DNA of 63,805 bases, the filler included, from Octopus bimaculoides (taxonomy: Eukaryota): NCBI RefSeq assembly GCF_001194135.2. It is 6 parts of 6 records of this genome, joined end to end, with 100 filler letters (N's around TTAATTAATTAA, not from the genome) between each part and the next. Parts side by side here need not be neighbours in the genome. Positions count along the whole stretch, not along the records: positions 47,171 to 56,819 come from NC_068990.1; positions 56,920 to 59,127 come from NC_068987.1; positions 59,228 to 62,023 come from NC_069004.1; positions 62,124 to 63,805 come from NC_068981.1; 2 more parts are not named here. One strand, written 5' to 3'. The stretch's first letter is position 1; the number at the start of each line of letters is the position of its first letter. The notes beneath the pieces are model-generated. The model was given only the letters and a program-made list of their open reading frames with translations, did no database searches and had not been told where the DNA came from. The translations under genes and the position numbers were made by a program. Below, in pieces: positions 52,448-63,805 of this stretch.

Positions 52448-54784
52448 GAGTACCAAAGAATATCCTAGTTCAAAGAGTAGGAAATATTAATTATGAGTGC
52501 CTACTAATAGGTTAAGTTGAAGAAAGGAAAGAGAAAGAGTATCAATGTTCCTAGTAAATAGTTAACTACTAATTCCTTCTGTTCTACAGAAATGAGCATA
52601 GAAAGATAAAGATATAAAAACATTAAATTGTGTACTTTTTAAAGTATGGTGTGGTTAGGAATGTCTGTTAGTGAGTTAAGATTAAAAAGGGAAATATAGT
52701 GTGTGTACATGTTCTTGGTTCATGATGATATGATTTTATGGTGCTCTGATTTGGTTCATGTTGAAGTGGTGACATTTTGTAAAGATCTCTGATCTGATAT
52801 GTAGACAGTTTGTAGATTTATTAAAGCTTTTGAAAATAAGACTGTGCATAACTTTTGACCCAATACTAAACAGTATTTCTTTCTCATAGATCTTCCATTT
52901 TAATGTTGAAATTGGTAGCATACTCTTTTGAACTTTAGACATAACTTGATAAATTTGTTGTTCTGCTTTTCTATATTTCTGAAGTTATAGGGTTTTCACT
53001 TCATTAAGTACTTTCCGGAGTATCACCTAATTGATGAATGAATCTTAACTGTTATTTCAGGAACAAACACACACCTTCTGTATTTTCTTCATTAGCCTTA
53101 ACCAATTAATAGATAATTCTGACTTAATTTTACAAACATGCTTTGATATTGTCAGATCTATTTCACCATGCTCATCACAATATAGCAGAATAAATCATAT
53201 TTACCAGAAACAGTCACACTCTTCGTGTTTCCCTCAATTTATTTACCAGGGGCAATCACATTCTCTTCACTTCTTCTCTTCAATTTTAATCCATTAGTGG
53301 ATGCTCCTACATTTACTACACTTCATAATATTACAATCTTTGATATCTTATATTCTTAACTCTTTAACTTTCCACACTCATTTGTCTACAACATATTTTT
53401 CTATTTTCTTCCATTCACAGTCATATTTTTTATGTCATTTAAGCTTGCTTTTGTGTACCTATCCATGGAAAATAACTTGTCCTTTTCTGTCCTATCAAAT
53501 GATCTGCCTGGTTAAACTGAACCGAAGCAAAGAAGTATAATTGATTGAAACATGCCCATAGTTACCTGCTCTTGCCAGCAAGCAATTATCAGCCTTTTTT
53601 TTTTTTTTCCTAAGCAGGTAAATTAACCTGAGATATTAAGTTTTAATTTCTTGAAATTATTTTTCCCTTTTCTTTGAGAGCTGCTCACAATTACCACCAT
53701 GTTTTTCTTTCCTCTCTCCAAAATGGAAATTTCAATTAATTAAGAATTCCTTTTGCATATAGCATTCAGTACATCACACTTTAACCTAATTACACAAAAT
53801 AATGCCATTGGCTCTGTTGAGTTATTTCCCTTAGCTCATTTTATTTCGAAATTATTCGCACTTTGTGATCTGTTTGTATTTATATTTGCCAATGCAGACC
53901 ATCACTAATTTTCTGTAATTCTACTGTTTCACCCAGATATGAAATAGTTTCAGAGTGTACCTTTCTAAAACTTATTGAACATATTAATTACTTCTCGTAC
54001 AATCACATCAGATAACTTATTGCACTTTCATATATCTCACAGCTCTTTGGTCTTTTAATCAGTGTAAATTCCCTTGCTTCCAACACAGTATAAGAGTGAC
54101 ACACTCATACATGCAAAGACACAGATACATAGATATTCACAAACACATATATCTGCATTGTACATCCTTATCTTTCCATGTCAATGAGCACAATTGCATA
54201 CATAAGCATAACACATATACAGGCATAATATGAGCATACATGAGCAACATAAGAATTTCCAGATTTACAACACACATGCACATACACAGATATACCAAAA
54301 GATGCATGCATATATAGATGGATGTATGTATGTATGTATGTATGTGTGCATGTATGTATGTTTGTTTGTATGTTTGTATGTATATATGAATGTTTGTATG
54401 TACATATTTACACACATAAACAATATTTCCAGTGACATACAATTACTGGCCCAATATATTATTACTGAAATACTTGTGTATATATGTACATATACACATA
54501 TACTTACAAGTACATATACACATGTAGATGCATGAAGAGAAAGTGTGAGGACGTTTAGAAAACTTGCGAGTTCTTAAAGCTCTACACCAATAGATGTGCA
54601 TTCCTTTGCAGTAAGTGCAAATTGTTTTTTAAACATTTAGTCAGGATAGAGGAATGCTAACTACTATTTTTCAGGGCCTCTGAGACAAGTGGGAAGAGAG
54701 AATGTTAGTCACAAACCAACGGCATGACTCAAATGCATAAAATAAGGAAGATTCTTCCCGAGTCATAAAAACTCATAAGGCAGA

Positions 54785-54985
54785 TTTCCCAGTTTCCATG
54801 GCATATAGATTCCCCACCTGGATGGGATGCTTGTCTATCAGAGGGTTGCTCACCTTTGCCAGCTGAGTGGACTGGAGCAATGTGAAATGAAGTGTTTTAC
54901 TCAACAACACAATTTGTTGCCCGATACAGGAACTGAAACCACAATCTACAATCATGAGTCCGACACCTTAACCACTAAGCTACAT
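54785..54985 (-). mobile_element. tRNA-derived SINE with CORE-like centre and a different tail
   Basis: tttgccagctgagtggactggagcaatgtgaaatgaagtg...aaccactaagctac is shared with 43970-44098, but the 3' part (ggatgggatgcttgtctatcagagggtt) differs. Confidence 0.75.
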
Positions 54986-55274
54986 AACTCCACATGCATG
55001 GAATATGGTGAACTTTACAAAAAGCATCTAAGGATCACCTGACCAGCAGGTGTGAAATCAGGTGACACATTGCATCTACCATCTATAAAGTCATAAGGCA
55101 AAGCCTTCCATTCGATGCTTCTCCAATTTCATAAATCCACAGTTCTGAACTGGCAATTTGTTTCATTAACCCCAGAAGGATTAAAGACTGATCTCATTTA
55201 GATCTGTGCACCCAACTTTGATTTGAAACAATTTCAATAATCTTCCTTTTTATTTTCTTTTATTTCTTTTACTA

Positions 55275-55473
55275 TTTTACATGTTTCAGTCTTTTGACTG
55301 CTGCCATGCTGGAGCATCACATTAAAGGGATTTTGTCAAAGAAATTGAACCCAGGATTTATTCCTTGTAAGCCTAGTACTTATTCTATCAGTCTCTTTTG
55401 CCAAACTGCTAAGTGACAGAGACATAAATACATGACCATCAATTGTCAAGTGATGGTGAGAGGACAAACGCAG

Positions 55474-55507
<34 letters not shown>

Positions 55508-55668
55508 GACGGGCTTCTTTCAGTTTCTGTCCTCCAAATCCACTCACAAGGCTTTGATCGGCCTGAGGTTATAGAAAACAATTGCCCAAGGTGCCACGCA
55601 GTAGGACTGAACCTAGAACCATGTGATTGTGAAGCAAGCTTCTTACAACATAGTCACACCTGTGCCTC
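55275..55668 (-). mobile_element. full-length SINE family A with CpG decay
   Basis: ttacatgtttcagtcttttgactgctgccatgctggagcatc...gcccaaggtgccacgcagtaggactgaacc...cacacctgtgcct. Confidence 0.88.
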
Positions 55669-56516
55669 TGTTTAATATTTTTTTTTTTTAAATAGTGTTC
55701 CATTACACTTTCTGGCATCTTATTTAGTGTGCTGTGGAATGAGAAAATGCAAACACAGCTGATATAAAAGTATCTAAAAGTACATTATCCAAAGTGTTCT
55801 TCCACTTTCTAGCATTGCCAAGTGTAATTTGAAGAGGATTTATGCACTATCTTTAGCAGGTCAAGTGACTGTGAAAAGCTCTCTTTTTTGGTACATGATG
55901 TATTTGTTTGGTATTTGTTTACTTAAGCATTTCAGTATTAGTTTGTAAAAGTTAGATTTCCAAGAGAAGAAAATTACCATCTAACATTCAGTCAGCTAAT
56001 TCAATCTGTGAGTAGATCAGAGTGAAAATATGTAAATTTTTTCTAAATTTCAACACTTCAATGCAGCTGTTATTTATATTCCAGAGATGGTGCTTCGTCT
56101 CTTGCATAGAAACCAGTCTTTTATTTTGCAGAAAGATAGCAAAGAATTCAGGAAAGAAAAGGACAAACTCCAACCACTTTATTGGATTCAATAAATATTT
56201 GTGAAAGGAAGAACAATGCTTTATTTCCTTATTGCTAATTAAATAGTAGTAAAGCTAGTATTCTACAATTCATAGATAAATGTTTTCTCTCAAGCGCTTG
56301 ATAGCATCTAATGTTACAGTGATACTGTTACTGATACTACTCATAAAATAGTATAAATGAAAGATATCAAACTTTCCAGTGTCCCCAGCTAAAACCACAT
56401 ATCATAGATAATTATCCTAGACCAGCTGAAAAGATAATAAATTTTGACTTGGTTAATATAATATGACCAAATGATTGAATGTTTTACAGCATTTAAGCAT
56501 ATATACAAAAACCTTC

Positions 56517-56586
<70 letters not shown>

Positions 56587-56746
56587 TTATCTTTCTGTGT
56601 GTGTGTGTGTGTGTGTAATGTATATGTGTCAATATATTTATGTATTGATGATATTTCTCTGAATAACTATAAGACAATTATATTTTGAGACACAGAAAAT
56701 AGTCTACATATACAAATACATATACATGTATATATATATGTGTGTC

Positions 56747-56819
<73 letters not shown>

Positions 56820-57274
56820 NNNNNNNNNNNNNNNNNNNNNNNNNNNNNNNNNNNNNNNNNNNNTTAATTAATTAANNNNNNNNNNNNNNNNNNNNNNNNN
56901 NNNNNNNNNNNNNNNNNNNCGATATGGAAACTTTACTAATATGAGATACTGAGAAAAAATAGCAGAAAGTGAATACGACAATTCTATTTTGGGGGCAGAT
57001 AATTAGCATCATTTAGGGAAAGATCATGAAATAAAATTAAACATTCAAATGGGTTAAGACCAGTTTTTGTTATTGATGATACCGAGATGTTCATCTGATT
57101 AACACGTCCCGCTGCCTGATGTTGAGGGCTGATCATCTTCAGGTGGGTCCCGAATGCCCCGATTCCTAACACCAAGGGGCTAATAATAGGAGGTATAATT
57201 TGAAATCAGAACGGTCAGTAACAGTACAAATGTCGTGACATATTTCCTCTGACAATTTCACCAATAGGCAAAGG

Positions 57275-57700
57275 CGCGGGCTATATAGTAAGAAACTTGT
57301 TTTCCAACAACGTGGTCTTGGGTTCAGTTCCACTGCGCGGCACTTTGGGAGTCTTCTACTATAGCCCCAGGTCAACCAAAGCCTTGTAAGTGAATTAGGT
57401 AGACGGAAACTGAAAGAAACCCGTTCTGTATACATACATATATATATATATAATATATATATTATATGTAGTTAAGTCAATGTCCGGTTATAGAGTGAGC
57501 AATGGTTTCCCATCGTCAAAAGGCTTAGTCCCTTGAACGTCTCGTCAGACTGTAAAGCCGAAGCTCCTTCCACCGCTTGACAACTAGTGTTAGTTTGTTT
57601 ACGGCCTCGTAACGTAGCGGTTCGGCATAAGGGACGATAAAATACGTGCCAGACTTTAAGATAAACACTATGGTCGACTTCTTCGATTAAACCCTTCAAG
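57275..57700 (+). mobile_element. SINE family A with ~100 bp unrelated sequence (57470-57570) in the central region
   Basis: Head ...ggttcagttccactgcgcggcactttggg...ggaaactgaaagaaacccgt; the tail resumes at ccaccgcttgacaactagtgttag...gcggttcggca. Confidence 0.75.
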
Positions 57701-58948
57701 TACCGAATGAGGTACTTATAAACATGGAAGAAAAGTCCAGCGACTGAAGCCAGTAAAAGAAGGTACAGTAAGGTATAATAAGGAAGATATAAATGTCGCC
57801 GAATATCATTACTCGTTTTCATTCCTCTATTCGTGTATTACTACATTGATAAGAATGTGCGTGTAGATGTGTGTGGCTTCATCCTTAATGTCACCAGACT
57901 TCAGCATCTATATATACTTGTGTATCTATTGACAAGTGTATGTGTGTGTGAGTGTGTGTTTACTATCTAATCGTATGTAGTTTCCACGCGAGTGCCTGTT
58001 TTTGTAGAGGTATGTGCGTGCGTACGTGAGTGTTAAAATGTTTGTTGTCTGTTTGCTAGATATAAGCTATCTCTATTTTCTATGCTCTGAGTCAGTTTAT
58101 GCAATCCGCCACAATCTGTTTTTACAATGAAATATCAGTCATGTGGCTTTGTTAGAAGCAGTTATCGACGTCGACGTCGTCGTCGTTATTACATAACACC
58201 ATTTTCAGTGGGGGTCATGTCTGTTAAGATGAAATAGCACTGCGAATCAACTTGTTCACTTTATATCCCCAACGGTCTTACAACTGTGGGAAATTCAAGC
58301 TAACCTTTGTTATGTTATATACATACATACATACATAGAAATAATTATATATATTATATATATTATAAATAATTAGAATATATTCAGTGCTGAATATTAT
58401 TATATATATATATATATATATATATNNNNNNNNNNNNNNNNNNNNNNNNNNNNNNNNNNNNNNNNNNNNNNNNNNNNNNNNNNNNNNNNNNNNNNNNNNN
58501 NNNNNNNNNNNNNNNNNNNNNNNTTTATCTTTGTTGTTGATCTTTGTTTCTATATGTGTTAAATAAATGTAATGGGGTTTTTCCTTGTCTAAACAATTTA
58601 AATTTCCAATACAAAATTTGTTAAAACGTGTAATGAATGGTGTTATAAATGAATTGATAGTACTTATTGACGATCGCGTAGAAGTTTTATTGTCATATCG
58701 GATTTGAGGAAGATTAAAAAAAAGATTTATTGTGTCTGGGGAGAGTCATTCTCTTTTAGTGCCTTATTATCTTAACACACTCACCGGTTCGATTTCCACT
58801 CATTTACTTATTTATTTTTAATAAAATTTTCGTTGCATCTTGCAACCTTTTCAATAGTCGCTGACTCTGCCCGTTATCAAAGCTACGTTCTTTTTTGTTT
58901 GTTTGTTTGTTTGCGTGCACGTGTGCGTCAGTGTGCATGTGTATACAC

Positions 58949-58979
<31 letters not shown>

Positions 58980-59093
58980 TGTACGTATTTATGTATGTAT
59001 GTATGTATGTATCTATGTATGTATGTATGCTTGTATGTGTGTGTTTGTATGTATGTATGTATGTATGTATGTGTATACATGCATGTGTGCTTA

Positions 59094-59127
<34 letters not shown>

Positions 59128-59227
59128 NNNNNNNNNNNNNNNNNNNNNNNNNNNNNNNNNNNNNNNNNNNNTTAATTAATTAANNNNNNNNNNNNNNNNN
59201 NNNNNNNNNNNNNNNNNNNNNNNNNNN

Positions 59228-59291
<64 letters not shown>

Positions 59292-59511
59292 CATGTGAAT
59301 GCGTGTGTGTGCATACATACATATGTATACTTTTATGCATGAAATTTATATACAGTATGAATATATACATATCTCTATTTTTCAATCTATTTATCTGTCT
59401 ATCTGTCTGTCTATATATATATATATGTCTGTCTGTCTATCTCTCCTCTTTCCCCCTCTCTCTCTCTCTCTCTTTAGATATCATTATGTAAATGTCATAT
59501 ATATATATACA

Positions 59512-59564
<53 letters not shown>

Positions 59565-59639
59565 NNNNNNNNNNNNNNNNNNNNNNNNNNNNNNNNNNNN
59601 NNNNNNNNNNNNNNNNNNNNNNNNNNNNNNNNNNNNNNN

Positions 59640-59692
<53 letters not shown>

Positions 59693-60104
59693 CATACATA
59701 CATATATAACGCACACGTACACACACACACGTTCACACACAACAAACACACACACACGCACATATGTATATATATAATCGCGCATATATACTGTACATAA
59801 CTGTATACATATATTTCTTTCATACATCTTTTTCAATATATATCTATATCTATATACACGTTACTTCAATTTGTATTCGCTTTTTACACTTAACTCGTTC
59901 CCTAATTTCATTCACGAATCTAGGTCTGCTGATTCTGCTGTTGCTGTAGCAACAGTTGTTGTTGCTGCTGCTCCTACTGCTCCTACTGCTCCTACTGCTG
60001 CTGAGCATTGCTTTTATTGCAGTTTTTTTTTCTCTCTTTTCTCCTTTTTTTTTTGCTGCAACTGTTTATTGTTTTCTAGAAATACCACTGATGAATACGA
60101 TGAT

Positions 60105-60109
60105 GTTGT

Positions 60110-60161
<52 letters not shown>

Positions 60162-60224
60162 AACGATAACGAATTTGCTGCTGATGATGTTAATAATTAT
60201 TACGATGAGGACGACGACGACGAC

Positions 60225-60264
<40 letters not shown>

Positions 60265-60288
60265 GTGACGACAACGACCACGCCGATT

Positions 60289-60322
<34 letters not shown>

Positions 60323-60784
60323 CGACGACGACATCCATGATGGCGATGATGATGACGATGATGTGATTGTTGCTTCAGTTGGTTTTCGTTTACTTAATGC
60401 AGGCAATGAAATTAATATTCTCTCGCGAACGAAAAACAAAGCAAAAAAAAAAAAAAGAAAGAAAGAAAAAAGAAAACATGTTTTGAAAAAAAAGTAAAAA
60501 AAAAAATCAGAATCAAAAACGCACAAAAAAATAACGAACAAAAAAGATACAGCAATAAAAAAAAAATTTATAAATGCAATTTTTTTGTTTATCTTTTTCT
60601 TCAATTTTATTTTTTCTTGTATTTGTTAAGATAAAAAAAAAAGGTAAGAGAGGAAATGATGTGAAGCAATTGCGTTTGCTGTTGTTTGCCATCGTTGAGT
60701 TTCGTATTACCAAACACAAGTATCAGACACATTAGTTACACAACCATTAGAGGCACCAGCGATAACCAGATAATAAAAATAATA

Positions 60785-60850
<66 letters not shown>

Positions 60851-60901
60851 GTAGTAGTAGTAAAAATAATAATAATAATAATAATAAAAATAATAATAAT
60901 A

Positions 60902-60946
<45 letters not shown>

Positions 60947-60971
60947 GTAGTAGTAAAAATAATAATAATAA

Positions 60972-61027
<56 letters not shown>

Positions 61028-61078
61028 GTAGTAGTAGTAAAAATAATAATAATAATAATAATAAAAATAATAATAATA

Positions 61079-61123
<45 letters not shown>

Positions 61124-61148
61124 GTAGTAGTAAAAATAATAATAATAA

Positions 61149-61189
<41 letters not shown>

Positions 61190-61206
61190 GTAGTAGTAGT
61201 AGTAAA

Positions 61207-61272
<66 letters not shown>

Positions 61273-61570
61273 TAATTCAATAATAATAATAATGATAATA
61301 ATAATAATAGTAATAATAACAACAACAACAACAACAACAACAGCAACAGCAATAATAATAATAACAATGATGATGATGATAGTAATAATGATAATAATAA
61401 TAATGATGATGATGATGATTATAAAAATAATAAAACAATAATAATAACAACAACAACAACGGCGACAACGACGACGACAATGATGATGATGATGAGGAGG
61501 AGGAGGAGGAGGATAAAGCTGATGATGATAGTGATGATGATGACGACAATGATGATGACAATGATGATGA
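60105..61570. repeat. (GAT/GAC)n array and long (AAT)n array with higher-order periodicity
   Basis: Directly visible; source of the poly-Asp, poly-Met and poly-Ile ORFs. Confidence 0.95.
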
Positions 61571-61786
61571 AGCCTTGTGAGCGGATTTGGAAGACAGAAA
61601 CTGAAGGAAACCCGTCATGTATGTTTGTATGTGTGTGTGTGTTCTTGTGCCCCCATCAACACCCTTGCCCGGATTTGTGCCTCGAAGGGGAACTTCCTAG
61701 GTGCAATCCCATGGTCTTTTTTTAGGCGCATATACTTCTCATTGGACACTATTTCGCGACCCTCTCATTAATCTGCATATATTACT

Positions 61787-61986
61787 CTTTTACTTGTTTC
61801 AGTCATTTGACTGCGGCCATGCTGGAGCACTGCCTTTAGTCGAAGAAATCGACCCCAGGACTTATTCTTTGTAAGCCTAGTACTTATTTTATCGGTGTCT
61901 TTTGGTGAACCACTAAGTTACGGGGACGTAAACACACCAGCATCGATTGTCAAACGATGTTGGGGGACAAACACAGACACACAAAC

Positions 61987-62023
<37 letters not shown>
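61787..62023 (-). mobile_element. SINE family A, 3' half, CpGs largely intact
   Basis: ttttacttgtttcagtcatttgactgcggccatgctggagcac...tcgaccccaggacttattctttgtaagcctagtac...ggggacgtaaacacaccagcatcg. Confidence 0.9.
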
Positions 62024-62124
62024 NNNNNNNNNNNNNNNNNNNNNNNNNNNNNNNNNNNNNNNNNNNNTTAATTAATTAANNNNNNNNNNNNNNNNNNNNN
62101 NNNNNNNNNNNNNNNNNNNNNNNC

Positions 62125-62335
62125 AGTAAATATAAAGACTTGCTAATAGAAATTTAAAAAATGTGGCACCTCAAGGCGACTACCATACCAATGATTGTAG
62201 GATCTCTAGGAATGATAAAAAAAGGTACTGAAATCTATTTGAAAATGATACCAGGCTTACCATCTCTACAGGAGGTGCAAAAAATCGTGCTAACTGGAAC
62301 GACTCATGTACTAAGAAGAGCATTATCGCTGTAAA
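62125..62335 (+). mobile_element. R4/Dong-like LINE C-terminus
   Basis: KYKDLLIEI*KMWHLKATTIPMIVGSLGMIKKGTEIYLKMIPGLPSLQEVQKIVLTGTTHVLRRALSL*. Confidence 0.85.
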
Positions 62336-63176
62336 AACAACATCCATTCATGATTTTTTTTTTCTTAAATACATGTTTTACCTATGAATTTGCGTGTGTA
62401 AATTGGGAATGCATACAACGTTTCTCTGCCCTAGGCGTACGGAAAACACTCGGCGAGAAATGGCAAAAAATTGAAGAAAGAATAAAAATAAACATAATAA
62501 TAATAATGATAACAATAAAAGGTTTCATTTGCCTTACTAAATAAATTTAATAACCTAAATATTGATTATTATGTTATTGTATACTTTATAAATTGTATTA
62601 TTATTACAACAATGTTGTTTGTTACTTCTGATAGTAGTGATAGAGTTTGGCTATATACTGTGTATGGTCCCTCATTTTGCAAATAATGACATTGATTTCT
62701 TCATAGAAAACAGTCCTTAATACTTGTTTGGTTCATATTAATGATTTGTATCGATTCATTAAATTCTCCATTCCTTAATATACGAATAACAATCATTATT
62801 CAAGTAACTTCAGATATGGTTATAAGTAAAAAAAATAGTAAATTTTATTTCCATTACTATAGCGTAAATAAATATTTATAGGTTACTCTGATTATCGCAT
62901 TTACAGCCTTAACTTTCTATTATTGTTTATTACGGAATTCTCCCAACGATAAATTATGTAAACAAGTAAAATTGTTATTAGGTATTATTCATATCTACTA
63001 CAAAATTAGCCCTGCGAGAAAACAATCAATATAGTAGTTGATTTAAACAATAGTTTCTTTTATATCGATTAATTTAAATACATGTACCTATTAGTGCATT
63101 GAAGATGTTATTGTTTATATAATTTTTGTTGCAGTTATACATAGAAGAGTATCAATTTTTTGATACTCTTAGATAC

Positions 63177-63209
<33 letters not shown>

Positions 63210-63805
63210 CTGATCTTATTGTTGTATTTTATGGTGACGTGGGACTGTTTTGGACATGAACGTGTTTCGATTGGTGTGTGTTTGAGATGTAATCAATTGA
63301 ATTGCGGTGATTGTGTGGCCTTGCATGTACTTGTTTGGGTCGTCCGTTAGAGAGTTTTTGTTGTTTTGTAATAGTAATTGATGTATGATTAAATAGTTTA
63401 TGCTCACGTTCGTAATGCATAGTCATTTGAATTAATTTTTAAAATCAAGAAATCCTTTCACACGGAATTTCGTCTATCTTTAAATCATGACGCTGAAGTG
63501 ACTTATATATGTAAGGGACCTGTATTTTGATTGTATATCAGAAAATGTATATAAGTCGAAACTATTTGTTGGCCTTGCCTGCTATTTTTTTTTTTTACTA
63601 ATTGTTTATCTTATATAATATTATGTTATGTTATAGTCATAGTATGTCATGCAATGCTATAATATAAAGGAAGAACAGGATTGTCAGTAGTATATCTCTA
63701 TTAAATCTATCTTTGTAATTGCATTATACCTATCTTTATATCGCATTCAACTGACGTATTGGATGTTTAACGCACACATTTGAAGGATCACTTTTCCTCA
63801 GTTAT

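Noticed and set aside
59871-60497. 208-aa Asp-rich ORF, considered as an acidic biomineral-like protein
   Set aside because: Made of (GAT/GAC)n and poly-A runs, with no signal peptide or splice support; similar arrays recur at 14210 and 42020.

Overview
AT-rich, microsatellite-saturated animal genomic DNA with about 7.8 kb of N gaps by my rough count. The repeat landscape (tRNA-derived SINEs, R4/Dong, RTE, Tx1 and Penelope relics) suggests an octopus-type cephalopod draft scaffold, but this is an inference. The only host gene I can support is three consecutive GT-AG exons (2932-3131, 4911-5017, 8643-8790, + strand) of the bHLH-PAS transcription factor single-minded (sim), covering the end of PAS-A, PAS-B and PAC. 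Its upstream exons are outside the window or in gaps, and I could not find its C-terminal exon(s). The remaining ~55 kb is decayed retroelements and simple repeats. Nearly all ORFs in the supplied track are artefacts of microsatellites, N gaps or antisense transposon frames. I did not find a convincing new biological system. The most interesting signals are: Penelope-like elements with inverted arms and a degenerate minimal hammerhead motif; R4/Dong relics starting inside (TAA)n; a CpG-depleted ~9.7 kb block bounded by two TTAATTAATTAA scaffold placeholders; modular SINE chimeras; and two weak orphan-exon candidates. Transposon boundaries are approximate (tens of bp), and family names come from recalled protein motifs, not database searches.
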